Part shown: positions 44,235-54,724 of the stretch, one piece after another
How the letters are laid out: each line of letters opens with the position of its first letter
Numbering within the stretch: position 1 is the stretch's first letter
From: an uncultured Candidatus Saccharibacteria bacterium
GTDB lineage: Bacteria; Patescibacteriota; Minisyncoccia; Phycocordibacterales; UBA2100
Assembly: GCA_964437185.1 (NCBI GenBank)
Contig: CAYTFU010000003.1
Span: forward strand, 26,409-90,408
DNA: 64,000 nt
Reading direction: 5' to 3'
Notes under the pieces: generated by a model
Databases searched by the model: none
What the model was told of the DNA's origin: nothing
The model's input: the letters and a program-made list of their open reading frames with translations, nothing else
Translations under genes and position numbers: made by a program

Positions 44235-46478
44235 CTAATCCAGCGTAATGAGAGTTCTAATAAGTTCTGCCGACCATCGATAAATATTGTAATCGCGAAC
44301 GGAAGTCCTCATAGATTTCATGCGGCGACACTGCTCGCTCTTTGGCATAGTGAGCGCAGCGTGGAGGGCATCTGAGGTCTCCTCGGCGCTGTACGGATTG
44401 ATGAGTAGGGCACCTTTCAGGTCGCGAGAGGCACCCGCAAATTGACTCAATACCAGCACCCCCTCGTTGTCCGAACGAGCTGCTGCATACTCCTTGGCGA
44501 CAAGGTTCATACCATCATGTAACGACGTGATGAGACACACGTACGCACTGCGGTACAACTGCCGCAGCTCCTCGTGCGAGTAATGCCGCTTTTCGAGGAC
44601 AATTGGACGCCAATCTTTAGTGCCAAATTTTTGGTTAATACGTTCTGCTTCCGCGGTGATGCGTGCGGCATACTCTCGGTATTTTTCTACTGATTCGCGC
44701 GTCGGCGCCGCAATCTGGAGAAGGGTGAGATTGCTACGATATTGCGGATGTTTATCAAATAAAAATTCAATCGCTTTGAACCTCTCAAGTATCCCCTTGG
44801 TGTAGTCCAACCTATCGACACCGAGAATAATGTGCGGCGTCTTAATCTGGAGGGAATCGATACGGCGCGAATCCGGTCTTTCATGCGCATCTGAATCTCC
44901 TGAGAACGCTATGGAGATTGGAAACGGCTTCACATGAGTCTGGTGCCCCCCTCGATACACGGAAAACTGATCGTAGTCGATGCGCGATTCGATCTCGAGT
45001 TCTACCGTATCAATGAAGCTATTGCAGTGCTGCTGCATATGAAAACCGATAAGATCGGCTCCGAGCATTCCGTCGAGCAACTCTCGCCTCCACGGGCATA
45101 TATTGAACTGCGCTGCTGAAGGCCAAGGAATGTGCCAAAAGATAGCAACGAGCGCATCGGGGCGACTCTTTTTTATGATTTCCGGAACCAACGCAAGATG
45201 GTAATCATTGACGATAACGAGCGGCCGCTCAACGTGACGTATTTCTTCAAGCAAAGTTTTTGCAAACTTTGCACTCACTTTTTTATACTGCTTCCAATCT
45301 TCAGTACGAAAAATCGGGCGTGTGTGTGCCATGTGACAGAGTGGCCATAGCACTTCATTTGAAAAGCCCGTGTAATATCCCCCCACTTCCTTTTCGGAGA
45401 GCCACACACGCTTGAGCGTGTACTTGGGCTCGTCTGGAGGGACACGTACCTTCCCATCTGCATCCGCTGTTTCCACATCGGCGTTGCCGCTACCGTGCGC
45501 AATCCACATTCCCCCACATGCCTCCATGACTGGTTCGAGAGCCGTCACCACACCTCCCGCAGGCACCGACCATTCAATCTTGTTCTTTATTTTCGAGTGC
45601 ACGTATGGCTCTCGATTCGATAACACAAATATTGGTCGATCGCGGAGGTGCGCCTTGATAAACTCTCGCAACCGCTCCGCAGTCCACGGTGAATCGATTT
45701 TTTCAAGACGCATGCGCGCCTCCTCACTTGCTGCGTGACGCGCCTGTCGCAGACTTTTTGTAACCTTGGAGATTTCGCCAGCCAGTGGACTCAAAAAACT
45801 TGAATCGTGAAATATCTCTGCCGCGTGATTCCCCCTCCGAACCTCTTGAAGAGACTCAACCAGCTTTGAGATCGCGCGAAAGAACACCCACCGAACGAGG
45901 ACAAACACGACTATCGCTGTCAAAATGATCTGGGAAAACAATCGAATAAGATTGTCCCGCCAAATTGCGCGAATATTGTCCTCGATGTAGGTCGCATTCT
46001 GCGAGACGGCGAGTGCGCCGACGACGCGCTCTTCTTCGTGCAGCGGGAGTACGTAGGTATAAAAAGAGCTCGCTCCAAGCTGCACGAAATCGCCACGCGC
46101 TTCGTCGCTGTCCATCACATACGTTACAAAATTTTCTTGCTCTGGAAGGGGCAAATCTTGCGACACTGCTACGGGTACGCCCGTACTGTCAAACACGCCG
46201 AGCCCCGCAAGACGCTCGTCGTTCACAAACCGATCAATCACACGCTGCACGGTGCTTGTCGCCTTTGTGTTGTACGAAGGCTCGATACTCTCGGCAAGGC
46301 TGTCGGCGAGAACCTGGCTGCGAGATTGGAGCCGCGAAGTCAGCTCGATCCGTGCCTGACTCACCTGATTGAAGGCAAAGGCTGCGATAACGAGACTTAC
46401 GGCGAGCACAGCGCCACCAGTAACAAGGAGAACCTGTCGCATTCGAGACATACTACCCGTAATTGTGGATAACCTCAA
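44235..46478 (-). CDS. otsA: Trehalose-6-phosphate synthase (OtsA, GT20) fused to an N-terminal two-TM extracytoplasmic sensor / HAMP-like region
   Basis: C-terminal ~460 aa is OtsA (RPIFVLSNREPY..., GVDRLDYTKGI..., HDGMNLVAKEY). N-terminal ~290 aa has a TM, a periplasmic-like domain, a second TM and a HAMP-like helix. Confidence 0.8.
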   Translation of the reverse strand: MRLSTITGSMSRMRQVLLVTGGAVLAVSLVIAAFAFNQVSQARIELTSRLQSRSQVLADSLAESIEPSYNTKATSTVQRVIDRFVNDERLAGLGVFDSTGVPVAVSQDLPLPEQENFVTYVMDSDEARGDFVQLGASSFYTYVLPLHEEERVVGALAVSQNATYIEDNIRAIWRDNLIRLFSQIILTAIVVFVLVRWVFFRAISKLVESLQEVRRGNHAAEIFHDSSFLSPLAGEISKVTKSLRQARHAASEEARMRLEKIDSPWTAERLREFIKAHLRDRPIFVLSNREPYVHSKIKNKIEWSVPAGGVVTALEPVMEACGGMWIAHGSGNADVETADADGKVRVPPDEPKYTLKRVWLSEKEVGGYYTGFSNEVLWPLCHMAHTRPIFRTEDWKQYKKVSAKFAKTLLEEIRHVERPLVIVNDYHLALVPEIIKKSRPDALVAIFWHIPWPSAAQFNICPWRRELLDGMLGADLIGFHMQQHCNSFIDTVELEIESRIDYDQFSVYRGGHQTHVKPFPISIAFSGDSDAHERPDSRRIDSLQIKTPHIILGVDRLDYTKGILERFKAIEFLFDKHPQYRSNLTLLQIAAPTRESVEKYREYAARITAEAERINQKFGTKDWRPIVLEKRHYSHEELRQLYRSAYVCLITSLHDGMNLVAKEYAAARSDNEGVLVLSQFAGASRDLKGALLINPYSAEETSDALHAALTMPKSEQCRRMKSMRTSVRDYNIYRWSAELIRTLITLD

Positions 46479-46501
46479 ACATGCTTTAATCGCCGCGACG
46501 C

Positions 46502-47764
46502 ATGATTAATGTCATGCGCGATAACTGTGCGGCGCAGTGGTACAGTACTCTCATGAAATCAACAGAGAGCTGCGTGCACTGCGGCACCGCACCCGTCAAT
46601 CACTCAGCACACTGGCTCGACGCATCGCTCACGATCGTGGTGACGACAGTACTTTCGCCGCTTCTACCTTTGGTGCCGAGCGCAGTGAGTCTTGAGCGAT
46701 CTGCGCTGATACGCGCGGCGCTTAGAGCGACGACCGCACTCACCGTTTTCCTCGGCATCATTCGCTTCAGAGATGCCATTGAGGGAGCAGGTGCTCGCAC
46801 GCAGATGATGTGGGATGAGGCAAAACGTCGCGGTATAAAAATCCAACAAGCAGAAATATTCGGTCGCCCTTCGGAATACTGCCGCGCCCTGCTTCCGATA
46901 GCGCCCGAAGCAGAAAAGAAGGAATGGATGCTTTTTGAAAGCATGCCCGTGCCGCCGTGGATCAACGCTCGAAATCCGCACTCTATAGACGACAAACTGT
47001 CATTCAAGAAAGTTTTTACGGCAGCGAATCTTCCCGTCGCCGAGGGCCGCGCAGCCCTTACCTACCGCGCTGCGTTGCGCGCATTTCGCAGCATCGGCGC
47101 TCCCCTGGTCGTCAAACCGCGCGAGGGTTCGCGCGCGCGCCACACGAGCGTACACATTTCAAGCGAACAGCAACTCAGATCAGCGTACGACATTGCAAAA
47201 CAGCTCTGCCCGGTCGTCATGGTTGAAAAATTTATACCGGGCATCTTATACCGTGCGACATGCGTAGGGGGGAAACTTGTCGGAGTTGTCCAGTTTGTTC
47301 GACCATCGGTCATTGCGGATGGCGTACAGACGATTATGGAACTCCTTAATTACCACAACAATCACAAGCGCTTTGCTAATCTTACCGACGTAAAGGATGA
47401 CTGGTGGTTTCGCGAGGCGATCGTTCATCAAGGGTATTCCGTGGATGATGTGCCTCCGAAGGGGGCGGTTATCACCCTCTCCGAACACTCTGAACGCCCA
47501 AATGGCGGCTACTTTATCGATGTCACGGATTCAATTCCTGAGAGTCATAGACGAACTATTGAGTCCGGTGCCTCTGTCGCAAACATTCCTGTCATCGGCT
47601 TTGACATCATTTCAGAAGACCTCACCGAAGGCGACAAAACATTTACCTTTATCGAGGGCAACGCGCTCCCATTTATAGAGCTGCACCATATTCCTTACGA
47701 AGGCACGCCTCGAAATGCCGCCGCTGCGGTGTGGGATTTGTGGCAACAGCCTTCCCACTCTTAA
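46502..47764 (+). CDS. Membrane-anchored ATP-grasp ligase (RimK / cyanophycin-synthetase-N-terminal-like)
   Basis: N-terminal hydrophobic segments then the ATP-grasp pattern ...APLVVKPREGSRARHTSV...VMVEKFIPG...; start could be 46554. Confidence 0.55.
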   Translation: MINVMRDNCAAQWYSTLMKSTESCVHCGTAPVNHSAHWLDASLTIVVTTVLSPLLPLVPSAVSLERSALIRAALRATTALTVFLGIIRFRDAIEGAGARTQMMWDEAKRRGIKIQQAEIFGRPSEYCRALLPIAPEAEKKEWMLFESMPVPPWINARNPHSIDDKLSFKKVFTAANLPVAEGRAALTYRAALRAFRSIGAPLVVKPREGSRARHTSVHISSEQQLRSAYDIAKQLCPVVMVEKFIPGILYRATCVGGKLVGVVQFVRPSVIADGVQTIMELLNYHNNHKRFANLTDVKDDWWFREAIVHQGYSVDDVPPKGAVITLSEHSERPNGGYFIDVTDSIPESHRRTIESGASVANIPVIGFDIISEDLTEGDKTFTFIEGNALPFIELHHIPYEGTPRNAAAAVWDLWQQPSHS

Positions 47765-48684
47765 CGCACCATAATTACGACCTGGGTGAGAACAAAAACG
47801 ATCGCGAATCCAGCGCAAAGGCCGATTATCAGACTGGCGGTTCGCGGAAGTCCGTAGAGCACTGTCGCAAGAAACCTCAACTCCGCCCTCCCACTCTCAA
47901 ATCGTATGGGAGCGGGATGGTACGGATGCCGATCGTCGCGCCACTCATCTGTGAGCGCCAATACGCGCGTCGCATCACTTGCAAGGAGTTTCTTTAATTG
48001 CACGCTTTTCGGATCTCGCACCCACTCATTTCCATTCCAATACTCCAGCGGCTGAAAATATGTTTTGATGTGCATATTCGCTCCGCACGTAATTCCGAGG
48101 TAGGCATATTTCTTCTGTACACTGCGAGCGCGACGGACGAAATCCAAAAACATGTACGCTCCAAAATTGCTATTTCTTAATTCCGGCGCGTACGCAATGT
48201 GCCACAGGTGAAAGAAATCCCTGCCTTGTGTTTCGAGTGAATACGCGATTCCACCATTGTCAGTGCGGTATTCGATAATGTGGGTGAGTAAGGGAGATGC
48301 GAGCATTGCGTTGAGTCGGTCACGTGGCATCGCCTCTCGGCCAAATCGAGATGCGAAGTGGCGCACTAAAAAATCTAGCAAGTCATTCTTTCGATCGAAC
48401 TCCTCCTTCTGATGCGTCTGTACATCAAGCGTGCCAAATCTTGCTTTCACCCGTCGATCGATTCTGCGATTCTCAGAGGACTCCTCGAAAAGGTCTACTC
48501 GAACTCGAGAACCGCGAGCCATAAAGAGCATCTCAGTTTTTTCCTCGCGTACTCCCACGAATGGCAAAAAACCTTTTTGGTAACATTCGGAAAGATCGTC
48601 CCCTTCCTCAAGGTATGCGTATGTGGAGTATCCAAACGAATATAGGCTCGGATTGATAGCGAGCTCTGAGTGGAATACTCTCAT
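47761..48684 (-). CDS. Arginyl/leucyl-tRNA--protein transferase-like (ATE/Bpt family) protein with C-terminal TM
   Basis: ATE_C block FFHLWHIAYAPE...YAYLGITCGANMHIKTYFQPLEYWNG matches the consensus Y.YLGY.I..C.KM.YK..F.P.E. Confidence 0.55.
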   Translation of the reverse strand: MRVFHSELAINPSLYSFGYSTYAYLEEGDDLSECYQKGFLPFVGVREEKTEMLFMARGSRVRVDLFEESSENRRIDRRVKARFGTLDVQTHQKEEFDRKNDLLDFLVRHFASRFGREAMPRDRLNAMLASPLLTHIIEYRTDNGGIAYSLETQGRDFFHLWHIAYAPELRNSNFGAYMFLDFVRRARSVQKKYAYLGITCGANMHIKTYFQPLEYWNGNEWVRDPKSVQLKKLLASDATRVLALTDEWRDDRHPYHPAPIRFESGRAELRFLATVLYGLPRTASLIIGLCAGFAIVFVLTQVVIMVR

Positions 48685-48738
48685 GTGCCCATAATAACAG
48701 GCGCCATTCGAGAAATCCGAAAGCGCACATCAGACATT

Positions 48739-48960
48739 TCAATGCCTGCGACTTCCCAGCTGATAATCCTTGCGCTGCCGCTCCGACAAACCTTGCGCCT
48801 TACCGGAACGTGATGGCTTCGCTTTTGTATTTTTCGACTTCCGCGTCGGCTGCATCATTGCCTCTTTCACGACACCCTCAAGCCGGGGCGGCCGCGTTAG
48901 GCGCGTGTCTTTCCGAATATCTTTTTTATCACGTTTGGTTTTGTGTACTTTTGCTGTCAT
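48739..48960 (-). CDS. Small highly basic protein (hypothetical)
   Basis: 73 aa, Lys/Arg-rich. Confidence 0.35.
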   Translation of the reverse strand: MTAKVHKTKRDKKDIRKDTRLTRPPRLEGVVKEAMMQPTRKSKNTKAKPSRSGKAQGLSERQRKDYQLGSRRH

Positions 48961-49132
48961 ATACGTTATCGGCTAACGAGTAAACCGGAACTCGACCTCT
49001 TTTATAATACGCTCAGCGGGAAAACGCACCAGCGCTCAGTGAAGGCGCGGGCAAGTACGCATTGATGCTGCACCGGCCGAAAAAGACGAAATCCGGTCCT
49101 CCGCAAGGGAGAGACCGGACCTTGATACTCCC

Positions 49133-49381
49133 TCACTGAGGCGCTCGTCGAATGAACCGGCGAAGGCAATCACCGACAATCGTGCCAGCGAGGAGGCTAA
49201 GCAACGCGCTGCCCACAGTAGCGACAAATTCGGGGTCCAGCAGACCAGGCCACTTATTCAGGTACTGCCAAATCGTCATCGCAGCCACTAGCGCCCCCAA
49301 AAGGCGGACCACAATGACATAAGGCCCCCCTCCCAAGTAAGCGAAAGCAATAGCCGTGACGAACAAGCTTCTAAGTAGCAT
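49133..49381 (-). CDS. Small two-TM membrane protein (hypothetical)
   Basis: 82 aa with hydrophobic helices. Confidence 0.35.
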   Translation of the reverse strand: MLLRSLFVTAIAFAYLGGGPYVIVVRLLGALVAAMTIWQYLNKWPGLLDPEFVATVGSALLSLLAGTIVGDCLRRFIRRAPQ

Positions 49382-49540
49382 CGGGTTGGCTCCTCATGTG
49401 AGACTAAGCGTTACAGCAACGCATTATTCGTGCTGACTGCCGTTGACTCTACTATAGCTGTACTTTCCCGTAAACTATGGCCCCCAAGTGATCGTAACTC
49501 TCAGTACCATTCGGCATGTTCTGCTTTCTCCCACACAAAG

Positions 49541-49623
49541 CGGAGGCGGAGAGATTCGAACTCTCGATGCCTTGCGGCATGCCGCCTTTCCAAGGCGGTG
49601 GAATAAACCACTATCCGACGCCT
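49541..49623 (-). tRNA. tRNA-Ser (anticodon GGA) with long variable arm
   Basis: Reverse complement: acceptor GGAGGCG/CGCCTCC, anticodon stem-loop CCGCC-TTGGAAA-GGCGG, variable arm ATGCC-GCAA-GGCAT, T arm GAGAG-TTCGAAT-CTCTC, discriminator G. Confidence 0.75.
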
Positions 49624-49727
49624 CCGTGTAGGAGATTTATAACACGCCATAGCTATACTCGCATCCCTTTCAACTCTGCGATGCCCCCCGCCGACTTTCA
49701 GGTGCCAAACGCACATGCATTCTAGTC

Positions 49728-50006
49728 TTACCGATTTTGCGCCATGTGATAGACGCGAACTATGAAGATTTCACCTCTCCGCGGATGATGTTCATATATC
49801 AAAACATATGGAAATGGTAGGGTAAGTTTTTCTCGTGTCCCCTTGACGGTCCCCGTACGACCGCTTCGTGGTAACGTGCGCAATCCGTCGGCTGTAGTAA
49901 TGATGTGCGCAACAACCCGACACGCAACAGACTCGCTATGAAGCGAAAGATATTTTTCGATGTGCAAGAGATCGCGTTCTGCGTGTCGCGACCACCATAC
50001 GGTCAT
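49728..50006 (-). CDS. Type II toxin, ParE/RelE family
   Basis: 92 aa ...LTLPFPYVLIYEHHPRRGEIFIVRVYHMAQN; 4-nt overlap with the upstream antitoxin ORF. Confidence 0.65.
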   Translation of the reverse strand: MTVWWSRHAERDLLHIEKYLSLHSESVACRVVAHIITTADGLRTLPRSGRTGTVKGTREKLTLPFPYVLIYEHHPRRGEIFIVRVYHMAQNR

Positions 50007-50233
50007 ACCCCGACTCGCTTCCGGATTGTCAAAATGCTTTTCTTAGAAGCAAACTCTCCGCGTCGCATCGCGGCTTGCGCTTCTTTGACTCCTTTAATTT
50101 GTTCTGTGGTTAGTAGGTACGCAGTACGATTCACTAAGTCAGCGTAATTGATCAACCCTTCAGCTGCCTCATTCTGCTCGGCCAGAGGGAGAGCTTGAAC
50201 TTTCGCAATAGCCTTTTGAAGTAACGTTTTCAT
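50003..50233 (-). CDS. Putative antitoxin (ParD/StbD-like) of the ParE module
   Basis: 76-aa ORF translationally coupled to the toxin; assignment by position and size. Confidence 0.5.
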   Translation of the reverse strand: MKTLLQKAIAKVQALPLAEQNEAAEGLINYADLVNRTAYLLTTEQIKGVKEAQAAMRRGEFASKKSILTIRKRVGV

Positions 50234-50272
50234 GCAAATACTGTACCAGAAAGTACCCTGGTCGCACAGCGC

Positions 50273-50770
50273 TTAGGAGTCGGATATGTGTATGCCTCGT
50301 TTTAAAGCACCGCGAATTCTACTTTCTTTGAGGAGGAGACGCTCCTTTCGGCTGATTATTTTTGCTCGGAGCCGCTTTTCAAACTCATCGGCTTTTTGCG
50401 ATGCTCTCCAACCGAGCCACGCCATAACGACGTTCACAAAGAGCACGGCAAAAAATAACGCGATCACATTCGATACGGGGAGACCCTCTGCGAGCACAAA
50501 AACGGGGACAAAACTGGCGAGCCCAGCTACCACATCCATAAAACGATTTTGCGGCGTCTCTGCTATTTTCACCATCGCCTCCCACAATTCGTATGCTGTA
50601 AAAGCGAGAAAGGCGATGACCGTGGAGGCAAGAAATCCAAAGCCGAACAGAGAGAGGCCGAGTGCGGTCGATACTCCCGTGAGCAGATGAACGACGCTCC
50701 AAAGATCCACCCACTTCCCTTCGCGCCACAAATCGGTTCGTTCAAACCGACCGTCACGAGTTATCCGCAT
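50273..50770 (-). CDS. Polytopic membrane protein (hypothetical)
   Basis: 165 aa with ~4 TM helices; lies between the TA module and htpX. Confidence 0.4.
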   Translation of the reverse strand: MRITRDGRFERTDLWREGKWVDLWSVVHLLTGVSTALGLSLFGFGFLASTVIAFLAFTAYELWEAMVKIAETPQNRFMDVVAGLASFVPVFVLAEGLPVSNVIALFFAVLFVNVVMAWLGWRASQKADEFEKRLRAKIISRKERLLLKESRIRGALKRGIHISDS

Positions 50771-50774
50771 ACCA

Positions 50775-51665
50775 TTACATCCGCATTCCCTGCAATGCGG
50801 CTACTCGCTCTTCGACCGGCGGATGCGTGGAAAAGATCCTTGCGATAAATTTTCCGGCCTCATGCGATCCGAAGGGATTGGAGATGAAAAGGTGTGCGGT
50901 CGCATTGCTCGCGCGCTGCATAGGCGCTTCGTATGAGGAGATTTTTTGGAGCGCGGATGCCAGGCCGTCTGGGTAGCGCGTGAGGAGAGCGCCCGAGGCG
51001 TCGGCAAGAAACTCTCGCCTTCGAGACACCGCCATCTGAATGATCTGCGCGGCAATCGGCGCAATAATGATCGCAGCAATTCCGGCTATGAGCATGAGCG
51101 GATTTTTGTTGTCCCTGTCCCCTCCGCCAAAAAAGCTCATTCGCAAAAAGAGGTCGGCAAGCATTGCTATTACGCCCGCAAGTACTACCGCCACCGTCAT
51201 CACGAGAATATCGCGATTACCGATATGCGAGAGCTCGTGTGCAAGCACTCCCTCAAGCTCGCTGCGATCAAGCCGCGCAAGTAGCCCCATCGTCACGGCG
51301 ACGACGGCGTGCTTCGCATCGCGGCCTGCGGCAAACGCGTTGGGGGCGGGATCTTCAATGACATACACGCGCGGCTTGGGAAGTCCCGCGGTAATCGCGA
51401 GATTTTCCACAAGACGATGCAACTCAAGAAATTGCACAGGGTCTGCCTCTTTCGCACCGGTCGAAGAAAGCGCAACTTTGTCGGAAAACCAGTACGCTGT
51501 GATGTTCATAATAAGAGAAAACGCGACCGCGCCGTAAAGAATCCAAGAATTTCCATATAACTGCGACACGAGCCAGCCGAGCGCGATCACGACGACTAAG
51601 AACCCCGTCATAAGAAACCAGGTCTTTCGTACGTTCGCGCGCTGATGTGTGTAGAGTGATGCCAT
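50775..51665 (-). CDS. htpX: M48-family zinc metalloprotease HtpX
   Basis: HELSHIGNRD (HExxH) and HtpX-like TM topology. Confidence 0.85.
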   Translation of the reverse strand: MASLYTHQRANVRKTWFLMTGFLVVVIALGWLVSQLYGNSWILYGAVAFSLIMNITAYWFSDKVALSSTGAKEADPVQFLELHRLVENLAITAGLPKPRVYVIEDPAPNAFAAGRDAKHAVVAVTMGLLARLDRSELEGVLAHELSHIGNRDILVMTVAVVLAGVIAMLADLFLRMSFFGGGDRDNKNPLMLIAGIAAIIIAPIAAQIIQMAVSRRREFLADASGALLTRYPDGLASALQKISSYEAPMQRASNATAHLFISNPFGSHEAGKFIARIFSTHPPVEERVAALQGMRM

Positions 51666-51716
51666 AGGAACAGCTTACAGCTTTTGGCTGTGAGTTTCTA
51701 GTGGAAAGTTGTTTGA

Positions 51717-52286
51717 TTAAAAACTAACCTTCACCGGATTGCGCGCCTCAGACTCGCCCTCCGCAAGCTGGAAGAATTCGCGCGTCTTGAAGCCAAACAT
51801 GCTGCCGATGAAGTTGGTCGGGAATTGTTCAATCGCATTCTGAAGCTCCTGCACCACTGTGTTGTAGAAGCGGCGAGCTGCCTGAATCTTGTTTTCGGTG
51901 TCGGAGAGTTCGCGCTGAAGCTCGACGAAATTGGTATTCGCTTTGAGATCTGGATATGCTTCGGAAACAGCAAAAAGCGATTTGAGTGCGCCCGTAAGCA
52001 TATTCTCCGCCTGCGCGTGCTCAGCCACAGTCTGAGCACCCATAGCAGTGGTGCGAGCTTCCGTGACCTTCTGGAGCGTTCCCGCTTCGTGCGCTGCGTA
52101 ACCCTTCACTGTATTTACAAGATTCGGAATAAGATCGTAGCGGCGCTTCATCTGCACCTCAATATCCGACCACGCTTCCTCGCAACGATTGATAAGCCGC
52201 ACAAAGCGGTTGTACGCCCAAATCGCCCAGACAACGACCGCCGCCCCTACGCCCAATAATATAAGTGGTGTATTCATATGAGGCAT
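51717..52286 (-). CDS. lemA: LemA family protein
   Basis: N-terminal TM; YNRFVRL...YDLIPNLVNTVKGYAAHE... LemA signature. Confidence 0.8.
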   Translation of the reverse strand: MPHMNTPLILLGVGAAVVVWAIWAYNRFVRLINRCEEAWSDIEVQMKRRYDLIPNLVNTVKGYAAHEAGTLQKVTEARTTAMGAQTVAEHAQAENMLTGALKSLFAVSEAYPDLKANTNFVELQRELSDTENKIQAARRFYNTVVQELQNAIEQFPTNFIGSMFGFKTREFFQLAEGESEARNPVKVSF

Positions 52287-52366
52287 TATAGCATCTGCGG
52301 CAACCTTTCAACAGAGATCCTCGAGACAACGTGACCGATCGGATCATAAATGAGGTGTCCGCCTTG

Positions 52367-52540
52367 TTACCAAGGCGGACCACGTCTCCATGAGCTAGAA
52401 CTGGAAATTCTCGACGCCGGGCCGAAAAACTGAGCCCGGTAACGCCAGCTGAGAACGGCGGCACCAATGATGCCAAAAGCTCCGGCCCCTCCAACATAGA
52501 GGAGCACGACCCAGAAAACGACTAACAGTAGGTTATTCAT
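52367..52540 (-). CDS. Possible small hydrophobic peptide (57 aa) not in the ORF track
   Basis: MNNLLLVVFWVVLLYVGGAGAFGIIGAAVLSWRYRA...; below the 60-aa threshold; intergenic between lemA and groEL. Confidence 0.25.
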   Translation of the reverse strand: MNNLLLVVFWVVLLYVGGAGAFGIIGAAVLSWRYRAQFFGPASRISSSSSWRRGPPW

Positions 52541-52690
52541 GGGTGCTCTCCCGATTGCCGTCGCCCATTGCGTACGGCTTTCTATTCAAATGTATACATC
52601 GGCAGGATAAGCTCGTCAACGAACCGAAGCAGCCGCCCCCAATTGTTCTTATGGGGCGGCCGCTTTTGAGTTGCGTTGCGTGAGGCGAAA

Positions 52691-54352
52691 TTACATGTCA
52701 TCCCCCATTCCCATGCCACCTCCCATACCTCCACCCCCAGGGGCAGCTTTTTTGTCCTCTGGAATGTCGGCGACAGCAGCCTCCGTGGTGAGCAAGACCG
52801 CAGCAGCAGACGCGGCGTTTTCTACACAACTTCGTGTGACCTTCACCGGATCGAGAATGCCCGCCTCGTACATATCGACGATGGATTCCTCCTCAGATTC
52901 GGCGGCGGCGTTGAAGCCGAAGTTGCCGCCCTTCTTCACAACATCTTTTAGCACAACAGCACCGTCCTCTCGCCCGGCATTTTTTGCAATCTGCAGAAGT
53001 GGGGCGGAGAGCGCCGTCACGAGGATTCGGTACCCGACCGAGTATTCATCGTGCGCGTTTTCGTCAATCTTTTTAGCGAGTTTGGCTCCCACCTTTGCGA
53101 GCGCAGATCCTCCACCCGTAACGATTCCCTCGGCGATCGCGGCCTTCGTCGCATTGACGGCGTCTTCGATTTTGTCTTTCAAGTATTTCATCTCTGTCTC
53201 TGTAGCAGCACCTACGCGGATTACCGCTACACCACCCGAGAGCTTCGCGATGCGCTCCTGAAGCTTTTCTTTGTCAAACTTCGAATCGCTGTTTTCAGCG
53301 AGTGTGCGAAGCTGAGCGACGCGATCCTCGATCTCGGATTTCTTACCCTTACCACCGACGATCACCGTCGATTCCTTGGTGGCCACCACGCGCTGCGCGC
53401 GGCCGAGCATTCCCAAATCGGCGTTTTCAAGCTTGATGCCGAGGTCTTCGGAAATTACTGTGCCGCCGACGGTGATCGCAATATCAGCGAGCATCTCTTT
53501 CTTGCGATCGCCATAGCCGGGCGCCTTCACTGCGAGCACGTTGAACGCACCGCGGAGCTTGTTGACCACAAACGTCGCGAGCGCCTCGCCATCCACGTCA
53601 TCCGCAATGATGACGAGATCCTTCTTGCCCGTCTGCGCGACTTTCTCAAGAAGCGGGAGAATGTCCTTAATAGTGGAAATCTTTTTGTCGGTAATAAGAA
53701 TCGGCGCATCCTTCACTTCCGCTTCCATGCGCTCCGCATTCGTCACCATGTAGGCCGACACGTAACCCTTGTCGAATTCCATTCCCTCGACGAAATCAGA
53801 CTCGATACCAAATGAGTGAGATTCCTCTACCGTCACCACGCCGTCCTTCCCTACTTTTTCCACAATGTCTGCGATCGTCTTTCCAAGTTCTTCGGATTCT
53901 GCAGAAATCGTCGCCACCTGTCGCACGTCATTCTTTCCCTTCACTTCACGTGACATTTTTTTGAGTTCATCTACTGCGTCTTTCGCAGCGGCTTCGATGC
54001 CGCGTCGCACCATCATGCCGTTCGCGCCGAGCGCAGTGCGCTTCAGACCCTCGTGAATGATCGCCTGCGTGAGCACCACTGCGGTCGTCGTGCCATCACC
54101 CGCTTTATCGTTGGTCTTGGTAGCCACTTCCTTCACGATCGACGCACCCATGTCTTCAAACTTATCAGCGAGTGTGATTTCTTTTGCAATAGACACGCCG
54201 TCGTTGGTAATCGTCGGGCCTCCCCACGATTTCGAGAGCGCGACGTTGCGACCCTTGGGCCCGAGCGTCACGCGCACCGCGCCCGCGACCACATCGACAC
54301 CACGCTTTAGCGCGGATCGGAGGTCTTGGTCAAAAATAACTTGTTTTGCCAT
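52691..54352 (-). CDS. groEL: Chaperonin GroEL
   Basis: Full-length Cpn60 with C-terminal GGM repeats. Confidence 0.95.
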   Translation of the reverse strand: MAKQVIFDQDLRSALKRGVDVVAGAVRVTLGPKGRNVALSKSWGGPTITNDGVSIAKEITLADKFEDMGASIVKEVATKTNDKAGDGTTTAVVLTQAIIHEGLKRTALGANGMMVRRGIEAAAKDAVDELKKMSREVKGKNDVRQVATISAESEELGKTIADIVEKVGKDGVVTVEESHSFGIESDFVEGMEFDKGYVSAYMVTNAERMEAEVKDAPILITDKKISTIKDILPLLEKVAQTGKKDLVIIADDVDGEALATFVVNKLRGAFNVLAVKAPGYGDRKKEMLADIAITVGGTVISEDLGIKLENADLGMLGRAQRVVATKESTVIVGGKGKKSEIEDRVAQLRTLAENSDSKFDKEKLQERIAKLSGGVAVIRVGAATETEMKYLKDKIEDAVNATKAAIAEGIVTGGGSALAKVGAKLAKKIDENAHDEYSVGYRILVTALSAPLLQIAKNAGREDGAVVLKDVVKKGGNFGFNAAAESEEESIVDMYEAGILDPVKVTRSCVENAASAAAVLLTTEAAVADIPEDKKAAPGGGGMGGGMGMGDDM

Positions 54353-54397
54353 AGCAATAGTTTTTAGTTAGTAGTAAATAGTATGTAGTGAGTATGC

Positions 54398-54724
54398 CTA
54401 CTTTATTACGGCGAGAATATCGCTCTCCTTTACGAGGAAGAGCTCTTCATCCTTGTCGTCCGACGGAACCTCATTGTCCCACCCAGCGTTGAAGAACACT
54501 TTTGCTCCCACCTTCACTGTCATCGGGATAAGATCGCCCTCATCGCCAAAGCGCCCCGGCCCCACCGCGAGCACGACCCCGCGCTTCGACTTCTCCTTTT
54601 GCGCCGTGTCTGGAATGATAATTCCCGACGGCGACTTCGTATCAGCATTTTCGTCTCGCTGCACGAGCACTCGGTCTCCGAGCGGCTGGATAGTAATTTT
54701 GGAACCTTTCGTATCTTTACTCAT
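54398..54724 (-). CDS. groES: Co-chaperonin GroES
   Basis: Start at MSKDTKGSKITIQPLGDRVLV..., internal to the longer track ORF. Confidence 0.9.
   Translation of the reverse strand: MSKDTKGSKITIQPLGDRVLVQRDENADTKSPSGIIIPDTAQKEKSKRGVVLAVGPGRFGDEGDLIPMTVKVGAKVFFNAGWDNEVPSDDKDEELFLVKESDILAVIK

Noticed and set aside
49541-50233. Integrated element at tRNA-Ser (TA module immediately downstream of the tRNA)
   Set aside because: No integrase, excisionase or direct repeat of the tRNA 3' end was found nearby. The TA pair alone does not justify a mobile-element call.
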